DNA of 64,000 nucleotides, taken from the NCBI GenBank assembly GCA_964549595.1, contig CAZJWK010000004.1:7153-71152 (forward strand). Direction: 5' to 3'. Made by a program: the position numbers and the translations under genes. Shown here piece by piece: positions 56,252 through 64,000 of this stretch; positions within the stretch are counted from its first letter, which is position 1; each line of letters begins with the position of its first letter. The notes beneath the pieces are model-generated. The model saw only the letters and a list, made by a program, of their open reading frames with translations. It was not told where the DNA came from and did not search any database. The DNA comes from an uncultured Sphingobacteriales bacterium (GTDB taxonomy: Bacteria; Bacteroidota; Bacteroidia; CAILMK01; CAYYUA01).

Positions 56252-57670
56252 TTATCTTACCATAACCTTCTTTCGAATGGTATTGCCTTGATTTTTGATA
56301 TTCAAAAAGTACATACCGGATTGCAATCCGGAAAGATCAAGGGTTTTGGGGCTATGTTTAAGCTTCACAGGGGTTTTTACCTTTTTCCCAAGGCTGTTTA
56401 AAACCGTTAGTTGCGCATTTTCGGAAAATCCGGAACGGTCATATTCAAGATTAACAATTCCATTGTCAGTGGGATTGGGGAAAACTTTCAGCTTATTGGA
56501 GGATTTGGCTTTTTGGATGCCAAGTGTGGTTTCAGCCTTTTTGTTTTCGATTTTAACCACTTGTTTCAATTGATGATCGACAAAATACAATTGGCCTTTG
56601 GGGCCCTTTTCAATACCCATAATATCATCAATTTTAAAGTTCCCGGGGGCCAGCTCACCCAATTTATTGGGATTTCCCTGGGAAATGTCGTAGAAAAGGA
56701 TCTTATTGGTAGCATTATCTGTGATGATTAAGCGGTTTTCATCAATGGTCATTCCCGAGGGTTTTTTAATCTTGCCTGAATCAATAAACACCTCCCAATT
56801 CGCATTTTCCATGACCCATAAATCAATGGGTTCACGATGATCGGGGGTTGCTCTATTTTTCTTATTGCCGGAATTTATTTTCATTCGCAACACGCGACTA
56901 TTCCCAATGTCGTTGATGTAAAGCCAGCCACTGGATTCATGGATTTCCATGTGACTTGGTGTCATTCCATCTTTTTGGACTTTAATTTCAGGATATCTGT
57001 ATACTTTGGCATCGGAATGGTCTTCACCGCCCGGATAGTGACCATCATTAAAATCATAACGGCAAATATTCCCATAGAAACCATCAAAAACCCAGTAAAT
57101 GTTTTCCTTTTCATGCGCTATTCCCCTGCATTCGGGGCTTTGGTGCACCATATCAAGGTGGCTTCCGTTGGTATCGCTGGTTGGAGGATTACCCCTTTTG
57201 GCATAAACGGATAAATCACTGGTCCATAACGCCGGGCCGGTAAAATGAATGCCTTGCCTATTGGCATTTTCTATACCCGTGGCCGTGGCAAAATTTCCAT
57301 TATCGCCAAATGCTATGGCAGTGGCCAAAGCCATAAAGTGCCATGCATTACCATCCTGCCTGTATTCAGCGTCCGGTTCATCTTTTTTATGGGCATTTTT
57401 AAGGATAACGGTACTTCCGCCACTTCTTTTTGTGCCATTGTTTATAACCCATAACTGGCCCCTTTTTCTAAAGGGCACGGTTCTAAAGGCCAAGTCCATA
57501 GGAGAGGTTATCCGGTCAAAATTATCTGCTAAAATTTTGTAACTATTTTCACTTTTATTGTTCACATAATTGTCAATGGGGTTTTGGCCCTTAGCCCCGT
57601 CAAACAATAAAAAAGTAAGGCAAAAGGTAAGCAATAAAAATCCAGAACAGTAATACTTCATAATTTTCAT
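56252..57670 (-). CDS. T9SS type A C-terminal sorting domain cargo protein (beta-propeller-like body)
   Basis: A signal peptide. The C-terminal about 80 aa (KVFPNPTDNGIVNLEY...SGMYFLNIKN...KKVMVR) are a type A CTD. The central region has NHL/SMP30-like propeller-blade motifs (SGWLYINDIGNSRVLRM, GQLYFVDHQLKQVVKI). Confidence 0.7.
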   Translation of the reverse strand: MKIMKYYCSGFLLLTFCLTFLLFDGAKGQNPIDNYVNNKSENSYKILADNFDRITSPMDLAFRTVPFRKRGQLWVINNGTKRSGGSTVILKNAHKKDEPDAEYRQDGNAWHFMALATAIAFGDNGNFATATGIENANRQGIHFTGPALWTSDLSVYAKRGNPPTSDTNGSHLDMVHQSPECRGIAHEKENIYWVFDGFYGNICRYDFNDGHYPGGEDHSDAKVYRYPEIKVQKDGMTPSHMEIHESSGWLYINDIGNSRVLRMKINSGNKKNRATPDHREPIDLWVMENANWEVFIDSGKIKKPSGMTIDENRLIITDNATNKILFYDISQGNPNKLGELAPGNFKIDDIMGIEKGPKGQLYFVDHQLKQVVKIENKKAETTLGIQKAKSSNKLKVFPNPTDNGIVNLEYDRSGFSENAQLTVLNSLGKKVKTPVKLKHSPKTLDLSGLQSGMYFLNIKNQGNTIRKKVMVR

Positions 57671-57950
57671 ATTTTAGGTTTTACAAAAAAATCAAAGTTA
57701 AAAACTTGTTAAATATTGAACCAAAAGTTTTAGCCCGTAGTAAAAACAGACAAAAATCAGGAACTTTTCATTTCATTCTGGACAATCGAATACTTCAGGA
57801 GTTTTTATCCCAAACCCCTTAATCTACTGATTAGCAATGAAAAAGACCCAAATGATAATGGTTTTCACCACTTCTTTCCTGACCGGTTAAATTCCGGCCC
57901 ATATATTTTATCATTGCAAAAAGTGCTTTAAATCTTTAAAGAATTTCTCA

Positions 57951-59666
57951 TTGTTGAATGACAGTACCGAAAGGAAAAAATCACTCCTGAAGGCCATTGG
58001 CTTTTCCGTACTGGGTTACTTTTTTATTTACATCCTTTATACCTGGCCTCTGGCTTTAAATTTCCTGTCCCATATTCCGGGTAAGGAGGATTCAGATGTT
58101 TACGCATACCTCTGGGACACCTTCCGGACCAGTCAAACTTTGTCCCATATTTTTTTTATTGAAACAGACCTTTTTTTCGCCCCGTTAGGGGTTCAGCAAA
58201 CTTTTTTACATACAGCCGTTCCTTTAATAAGCCTTTTTACCATGCCTTTTGAAAATACGGCATTGGGTATTAACCTGTTTTTAGTGCTTAGTTATGTGAT
58301 ATCGGGAATTGGGGGATTTTTACTTTGCAGGCAATTCGTCAGTAATCCATGGTTGTGTTTTTTAGCCGGCTTTATCTTTTCTTTTTCTCCCTGGAAAATG
58401 GCCAGGCTGGAAGTCCACTACAACATGATCCAGACCGCCTTTGTGCCTTTTTATATCCTTTTCTTAGTCCGTGCCTTTCGTTTTGATCAAATAAGCCTTT
58501 TTAGGGTAAATAGCCGTTCCACCTTTTTGATCTGGATTTTGACAGGTTTCCTGCTTTTATTGAGTGACAAGGTCACCACCATAATTATGGCTTTTTTTAC
58601 CCTTTTATATGTGCTATGGTACAAACTGCCTTTTGTTCAAAACTTCCGGTTTTCTGTCAAAAGCCTTGTGTTATTGGGAATTTTAATAACCGCGGGGCAT
58701 TACGGAATGGTTTTCCTGAAAAGTTATTTTCACGACAACGGCGCATTTTGGTGGGGAGCTGACATATTGGGTTTGGTAATACCATGGCATCACCTTTTGA
58801 TCGCTGATCTATTCCCGGAATCCTGGATCTCCGAAGTGCACAACAGGGGATTGGAAAATGTCATTTACGTGGGCTTTTCCTTCTTATTAGCCAGCTTCAC
58901 TCTATTCTGGCTGGGTCGAAAGTTTAAAATGCCCCCTGCCTTGAAAGCCTTTTGCTTTTCCGGTATTATTTTGCTTTCATTGACGGTGCCGGAGGTTTCA
59001 ATCGCCAACGAAACCTTGTTTAATAACCCATTATCATTTTTTCACTTTATTCCCGGAATCAATGCCTTCCGGTGTCCCGGCCGGTTCATCATGCCCGTTT
59101 ACCTGTTAATCATCATTCCCGCTTTTTACTTCTTTGAAAAACTTTCTTACAAAAAGGTGTATGCGGTTATACTACTTCTGCTTTTTTTAGTAGAATTCGC
59201 CCCTGCCGGCATACAAACCATTAATATCCAGGAAACTCCCAAAGTTTATCGAACCTTAAAAACTTTGGAAGGGGAAAACCTCTTGCCCATTCCATTTGGC
59301 ATCAAAAACGGTTACATAGGAGCCGGGGATTTCCGGAAAAAGGATATGTGGCATCAAACGGTTCACCAGAAAAACCTGATTGCCGGCTATGGGCCTTTTG
59401 GTGACCAGGTTTGGGACTATTACCACAAAGATACCGTCATGAATACCCTGTTAAAGGTGCAAAGGGACACAACCATTGACATACCGAACTTCTCAGAAAA
59501 ACAAAAGAGGCAGTTCTTTAAGCGTTTTCAGCCTGATTTTTTAGTCATTGATCAAAATTACCCCAACACCAAAGCCCGGAAGATAACCAAAGAAATCATC
59601 AAACACAGAATAACGCAAAAAAGAGAAATAGGCCAACACACCTTGTTCTTATTGAGATCTGAATAA
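57951..59666 (+). CDS. Polytopic integral membrane protein (possibly a PMT/ArnT-like glycosyltransferase-fold protein)
   Basis: 571 aa with more than 12 predicted TM helices and an N-terminal YTWPLALNF...HIPG motif, then a soluble tail of about 120 aa. The family call is low-confidence and by eye. Confidence 0.4.
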   Translation: MLNDSTERKKSLLKAIGFSVLGYFFIYILYTWPLALNFLSHIPGKEDSDVYAYLWDTFRTSQTLSHIFFIETDLFFAPLGVQQTFLHTAVPLISLFTMPFENTALGINLFLVLSYVISGIGGFLLCRQFVSNPWLCFLAGFIFSFSPWKMARLEVHYNMIQTAFVPFYILFLVRAFRFDQISLFRVNSRSTFLIWILTGFLLLLSDKVTTIIMAFFTLLYVLWYKLPFVQNFRFSVKSLVLLGILITAGHYGMVFLKSYFHDNGAFWWGADILGLVIPWHHLLIADLFPESWISEVHNRGLENVIYVGFSFLLASFTLFWLGRKFKMPPALKAFCFSGIILLSLTVPEVSIANETLFNNPLSFFHFIPGINAFRCPGRFIMPVYLLIIIPAFYFFEKLSYKKVYAVILLLLFLVEFAPAGIQTINIQETPKVYRTLKTLEGENLLPIPFGIKNGYIGAGDFRKKDMWHQTVHQKNLIAGYGPFGDQVWDYYHKDTVMNTLLKVQRDTTIDIPNFSEKQKRQFFKRFQPDFLVIDQNYPNTKARKITKEIIKHRITQKREIGQHTLFLLRSE

Positions 59667-59809
59667 AAGGTTCTGAACACATGAAATGCGGGAAAATCCT
59701 TAATACAGGATAGAAGGCGGTTATTGCTTTTTCCCGAATTCAAAACTCCTGACCTGTTAGTAAAAGAGAAAGCCCCTATGGATAGTCGAAGCCTTTAAAT
59801 CTGCCCCGT

Positions 59810-60419
59810 TACAACAGCATCTTTTTACCAATTACACGTTTTACACGTTGATTTCCATTAAATAATAGTGATCCAGAAGATCCTTTTTCAGTAGCTCCAT
59901 TAGTCCAGGAAACTTGCCAAAAATCTCTACTTTGACTAACATTACCAGAAAGAGAATACATCTATTATATCTCCTTTAGGATGATGCAAACCAATAACTT
60001 AAAGCGAAGTAAAATGATTTGAATTCCAACCAGCAAAGTGTAAGCTAATTCCGCTTGCGCGAGAGCCAGTAATTCCTAATAATGCAAAGTCTGTCCCATC
60101 GGGAAGTATCATTTAATTCCCTTTGTGCTAAAACGTTGGAACCTGATAAACTTACAAATTCCTGGACAGGATTTCTTGAACCATAACTATCACTCCAGTA
60201 AAAAAAGCGAAACACCAAAGTAGAAGGATCAGGGTCATGGCCACCAAATGACTCTAAGCGATGATCACCTGTTAAGAACAATAACCTAATATGCTCTCCG
60301 TTTGACCTTTGTTCTAAGCACCAATCATCTGGAATAGGACAATTATAATCATTATGACAATCTCCACTTTTTCCATGACCCGACTTTGTATTCTTATACC
60401 CTTGAATTTCCTTTATTAA
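59810..60419 (-). pseudogene. Frameshifted remnant of an S1 (trypsin/lysyl-endopeptidase-like) serine peptidase gene
   Basis: Hand translation of the minus strand gives three consecutive fragments in different frames: ...CHNDYNCPIPDDW...LTGDHRLESFGGHDPDP...YWSDSYGS..., then ...IGLHHPKGDIIDVFSFW, then ...SGNVSQSRDFWQVSWTNGATEKGSSGSLLFNGNQRV. GSSGS(L)LFN matches the catalytic-Ser block of V8/lysyl-endopeptidase-type S1B peptidases. HHPxGDxxxxS is a conserved block of the same family. There is no ATG for the upstream fragment and there are several stops. Confidence 0.35.
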
Positions 60420-60596
60420 CTACTTTTTTCTTTTGAAGATCATAAAAGCGATTTTGTAATACCTTATTAATTTAATGAACTGGTAATTTATCAATTTTTA
60501 TATCCCGGCAAAACAGTAGTTTCTCCCAAACTTCCTGAATGATCTTCAAGGCAAGTTCTTAATTTTTTATGAAGGCATGGGCTAATGAGTAATGAA

Positions 60597-60914
60597 TTAT
60601 TCTCCGCTCTCTTCACCCCCTTCCTGTTGGTTTTTCAGACCCTCGTTCTCTTTTTCAAGGGTTTCAAGACGCTGGTCCTTTTTTTTCATTTCCGCATCAT
60701 AATCCTCGATTTGCTTTTGAAGCTCCTGGACCTTGGAAGATAACTCCTGGTTTTTCTGCTCAAGGTCACTTTTTTCATTTCTTAATTGATTAGCCGTTTC
60801 GTTGGCTTCTTCAAGTTGGTGCTGAAGTGTATTCACTTGTGCTCTAAGGTCATAAATTTCCTGGAACTTGGTTTTAAGTTTACTGTCAAGCGTTGTTACC
60901 CATTTATCAGCCAT
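60597..60914 (-). CDS. Small coiled-coil protein (hypothetical)
   Basis: 105 aa, almost entirely heptad-repeat Q/E/K-rich helix with an acidic tail. It lies 6 nt downstream of the LysM gene, so the two are likely co-transcribed. Confidence 0.45.
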   Translation of the reverse strand: MADKWVTTLDSKLKTKFQEIYDLRAQVNTLQHQLEEANETANQLRNEKSDLEQKNQELSSKVQELQKQIEDYDAEMKKKDQRLETLEKENEGLKNQQEGGEESGE

Positions 60915-60920
60915 AATTTT

Positions 60921-61463
60921 TTATTTAGGGATTTTTAACTTCTGATTAACCTTCAACAAGCCCGGACTATCAAGTTTGTTGGCTTTTACAATTTTTTGAA
61001 ATGCATACCCATCATCATAGAACTTTTTAGCAATTTTCCATAGGTTGTCATCCGGCTGAACCTTGTAATTTTTAGCTTCATTGATGGTTTGCTTTTTTTG
61101 CTCATTGGAGGTACTTTTTTCCCTCATATTTTTTAGGGAGTCCAATGCAGCCTTTTGTTGCTCAATTTTGGTTTGAAGGTTTTGCTGTTTCTTTTTTAAC
61201 CTTTCATTGACGGTTTTGATAGAATCCATTTTTTGTTTGATTGGGGAGGAATCAGAGGTTTCATCTGACTTTTTGTTATCGGTAGTTGGCGTAATCAAAC
61301 CCCAAATACCTACAATAATAAGCAAGGCTCCGATTATTGGGGTTAATATTTTGAAAAAGCGGAGTTTTCGGTCTAAGTTGTCTACAATCTCAAGTATCTC
61401 TTGGTCTTCTTCTCGATAACTACCCGATTTATTTTCTACATCATTTTTATTATCGGTATTCAT
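60921..61463 (-). CDS. LysM peptidoglycan-binding domain protein with N-terminal TM anchor and coiled-coil
   Basis: The C-terminal YKVQPDDNLWKIAKKFYDDGYAFQKIVKANKLDSPGLLKVNQKLKIP is a canonical LysM. It is preceded by a TM helix (ILTPIIGALLIIVGIWGLI) and a coiled-coil. Confidence 0.6.
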   Translation of the reverse strand: MNTDNKNDVENKSGSYREEDQEILEIVDNLDRKLRFFKILTPIIGALLIIVGIWGLITPTTDNKKSDETSDSSPIKQKMDSIKTVNERLKKKQQNLQTKIEQQKAALDSLKNMREKSTSNEQKKQTINEAKNYKVQPDDNLWKIAKKFYDDGYAFQKIVKANKLDSPGLLKVNQKLKIPK

Positions 61464-61653
61464 AAGGCGCTCAAGGTTTTTGAAATTTCCATCTGTAAAG
61501 GTATAAAAATTTTATTTAGATGTCAAGATACATTGACGGACTAAAGCCAGAATTCCGAATGAAGCGAACCCATCTTAAGTATCAAACTACTTGAAGATTT
61601 ATTATTTAAGTGACTTTGTTAATTTTGCTTTTCTTTAAATGCCAAAAAAATGA

Positions 61654-62856
61654 ATGATGAGTGAAGCTTATATTGTTGATGCCTTACGTACGCCGGTTGG
61701 GAAATATGGAGGAGCGCTTAGCCCGGTACGTCCGGATGACATGGCTGCGCATGTCATAACAAAAATTCTTGAAAGAAATCCCAATATTGATACTGAGGCC
61801 ATTGAAGATGTCATTTTCGGGGCTGCTAATCAGGCTGGTGAAGATAACCGAAACGTAGCACGCATGGCTACTTTATTAGCCCGGTTACCCGAACGGATAG
61901 CTGGTGTTACTGTTAACAGGCTTTGTGCTTCCAGTTTGCAGTCCATCATGGATGCATCAAGGGCTATAAAACTGGATGAAGCCGGCTTATACCTTGCCGG
62001 TGGGGTTGAGAGCATGAGCAGAGCCCCCTTTGTGGTGGGAAAAGCTGACCGGGCTTTTGATAGAAAGATTGAAATGGAGGATACCACCATTGGCTGGCGG
62101 TTTATCAACCCCAAGCTGGCTGAGCGTTATTATCCCTATTCAATGGGAGGAACAGCGGAAAATGTGGCTGAGCGGTACGGCATAACCCGGGAAGAGCAAG
62201 ATCAATTTGCCCAGAAAACCCAGGAGAAGTACCAGGAAGCTCATGATGCCGGTAAATTCAACGATGAACTGGTATCCGTTACCATTCCCCAAAGAAAGGG
62301 TGATGACATTGTGGTAGAAAAGGACGAACATCCAAGGCTCTCCACTTTGGAAAAGTTAGCCACCCTCAAACCTGCTTTCAGAGAGGGCGGGACCGTTACA
62401 GCCGGCAATGCTTCAGGTGTAAATGACGGGGCTGCCGTAACCATTGCAGCCAGTGAAGAAGCGGTAAATCAGTTTAACCTGAAACCGATGGCACGTGTGG
62501 TAAGCCGTGCTGTTGCCGGGGTTGAACCTGCTTATATGGGACTGGGTCCCGTTCCGGCTACACAGAAAGCCCTGGAAAGGGCAGGCCTTAAAATGGAGGA
62601 CATTGACCTTATTGAATTGAATGAGGCCTTTGCAGCCCAATCAATTGCTTGTATACGAGACCTGGGAATGAACCCCGACATCATTAACGTGAACGGTGGA
62701 GCCATTGCTTTGGGGCACCCGTTAGGTTGCAGCGGTGCAAGGATTTCTACAACCTTATTACATGAAATGCAAAAACGGGATAATGTAAAATATGGCTTAG
62801 CTACCATGTGTGTGGGCGTTGGCCAAGGGGCCGCCATCATTTACGAAAAGGTTTAG
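61654..62856 (+). CDS. Acetyl-CoA C-acyltransferase (thiolase II family; beta-ketoadipyl-CoA thiolase-like)
   Basis: The active-site Cys in NRLCASSLQS, plus GNASGVNDGAAA and NGGAIALGHPLGCSGAR with C-terminal CVGVGQG. Confidence 0.85.
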   Translation: MMSEAYIVDALRTPVGKYGGALSPVRPDDMAAHVITKILERNPNIDTEAIEDVIFGAANQAGEDNRNVARMATLLARLPERIAGVTVNRLCASSLQSIMDASRAIKLDEAGLYLAGGVESMSRAPFVVGKADRAFDRKIEMEDTTIGWRFINPKLAERYYPYSMGGTAENVAERYGITREEQDQFAQKTQEKYQEAHDAGKFNDELVSVTIPQRKGDDIVVEKDEHPRLSTLEKLATLKPAFREGGTVTAGNASGVNDGAAVTIAASEEAVNQFNLKPMARVVSRAVAGVEPAYMGLGPVPATQKALERAGLKMEDIDLIELNEAFAAQSIACIRDLGMNPDIINVNGGAIALGHPLGCSGARISTTLLHEMQKRDNVKYGLATMCVGVGQGAAIIYEKV

Positions 62857-62911
62857 TGGTTTAATAACCTACTATCAAGGCTCCGTACTGGTTGCGGATT
62901 TGTAACCCGCA

Positions 62912-63694
62912 ATGATAGCGTATAACATGCAAAGTAGAAAAAACCGTTACTTCCTGGAATTGGCCTTTAACGGGGCCAAATACAGTGGTTGGCAGATACA
63001 GCGGAATTCCCCGACTATCCAGGAAACCCTGCAGGATAGCATTGGCACTATTTTGCAGGAGGAAACCAAGCTCATAGGCTGTGGACGTACGGATGCGCGT
63101 GTCCATGCGAAGGAGTTTTACGCCCATTTTGACACGGATCACACATTGGATAACAACTTTGCGGAAAAAGCCAACCGCATCTTACCCCGGGATATTTGGG
63201 TAAAAAACCTGCTCAGGCCAACTAGTCCCAAAGCGCATGCCCGTTTTGATGCGTACCACCGCACGTATGAATACTGGCTCTGCACGAACCGCAATCCTTT
63301 TTACCTGGATCTGGCTACCTACTACTTTCACCATGTGGATCTGGACCGGATGAACCAAGCCAGCGGGTATTTGAAGAAATACGAGGATTATGAGACGTTC
63401 AGCAAGATCAACCCCAACCTGAAGCATTACAAGTGCCAGGTTTATGATGCCTGGTGGGAAGAAGTTGATGATCATTTGTTCAAATTCACGATCAGTGCCA
63501 ACCGCTTTGTTCGCAGCATGGTACGGTTGATTGTGGCTACATTGATCCGGGTGGGAAATGGACGAATGAACATTGCTGAATTTGAGGACATCCTGGCTGC
63601 CAGGGATCGGAGTCTGTCAGCGGATGCAGCCCCACCCGATGGTTTGTATTTGAGTCAGGTTTTGTATCCAAATGGATTACTTCAAATGGTATAA
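62912..63694 (+). CDS. truA: tRNA pseudouridine(38-40) synthase
   Basis: YFLELAFNGAKYSGWQIQ and the catalytic-Asp block GCGRTDARVHA. The true start is probably the internal Met at 62927. Confidence 0.85.
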   Translation: MIAYNMQSRKNRYFLELAFNGAKYSGWQIQRNSPTIQETLQDSIGTILQEETKLIGCGRTDARVHAKEFYAHFDTDHTLDNNFAEKANRILPRDIWVKNLLRPTSPKAHARFDAYHRTYEYWLCTNRNPFYLDLATYYFHHVDLDRMNQASGYLKKYEDYETFSKINPNLKHYKCQVYDAWWEEVDDHLFKFTISANRFVRSMVRLIVATLIRVGNGRMNIAEFEDILAARDRSLSADAAPPDGLYLSQVLYPNGLLQMV

Positions 63695-63730
63695 CATCTT
63701 TATATTGCCCTTCGTTTTTAATCAATAATC

Positions 63731-64000
63731 ATGGTCCAACTTTCTGCCGTCATCATTACCTACAATGAAGAAGCCAACATCAGGCTTTGCCTTGAGTCGG
63801 TCAAACCGGTAGCAGACCAGATCCTGGTGGTGGATTCCTATTCAACGGATCAAACCCCTGCTATTTGCCGGGAGATGGCTGTGGATTTTATACAACATCC
63901 GTTTGAAGGGCACATAGAACAGAAGAATTATGCCATGGAACAGGCACGATTTGACCATGTGCTTTCCCTGGATGCGGATGAAGTCCTTTCTGATGAATTA
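63731..64000 (+). CDS. Family 2 glycosyltransferase (3'-truncated by window edge)
   Basis: Translation from the ATG at 63731 gives MVQLSAVIITYNEEANIRLCLESV...VVDSYSTDQT...LSLDADE. These are GT2 N-terminal motifs (xxTYNE, DxD-like DAD). The frame runs off the window. Confidence 0.7.
   Translation, partial: MVQLSAVIITYNEEANIRLCLESVKPVADQILVVDSYSTDQTPAICREMAVDFIQHPFEGHIEQKNYAMEQARFDHVLSLDADEVLSDEL

Noticed and set aside
62861-63475. Minus-strand ORFs of 93-97 aa antisense to truA
   Set aside because: They overlap the well-supported truA CDS and have no recognisable features.
1-64000. CRISPR arrays, rRNA genes, integrases and intact IS elements
   Set aside because: I saw no regularly spaced direct repeats anywhere in the window and no rRNA-like conserved blocks. 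I saw no integrase or transposase-length ORF. Only the fragmentary IS-like remnant noted under findings was seen.

Overview
This 64-kb window is AT-rich chromosomal DNA from a Bacteroidota genome, most likely class Flavobacteriia. The gene content and order support that assignment, as do the type IX secretion / gliding genes gldKLMN with a PorP/SprF-family gene and proteins carrying T9SS C-terminal sorting domains. Most of the window is conserved housekeeping. It includes ribH, nadK, the envelope cluster uppS–bamA–skp–skp–murI, clpX–clpP–tig, one tRNA-Leu, relA/spoT–fur–purA, hemW, ribE, obg–adk–hpt, pepP, fumC, a PpiD-like isomerase, ndk, a thiolase and truA. Three things stand out. First, three tandem paralogous outer-membrane-barrel-like genes sit directly upstream of uppS–bamA. 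Second, a full porP–gldK–gldL–gldM–gldN T9SS core block is linked to hemD-like, DUF4271-like and Omp85-like genes. Third, the segment at about 51–61.5 kb looks accessory and decayed. It has two T9SS type-A cargo genes, long AT-rich non-coding stretches, a frameshifted S1-peptidase-like remnant, a possible insertion-sequence (IS) transposase remnant, and a LysM/coiled-coil pair. I found no CRISPR array, rRNA or intact mobile element. I see no obviously novel self-contained system such as a defence system or biosynthetic cluster; the most promising leads are the triplicated barrel-protein family and the decayed cargo island. All calls rest on reading the translated ORFs for motifs by eye; no database search was run.
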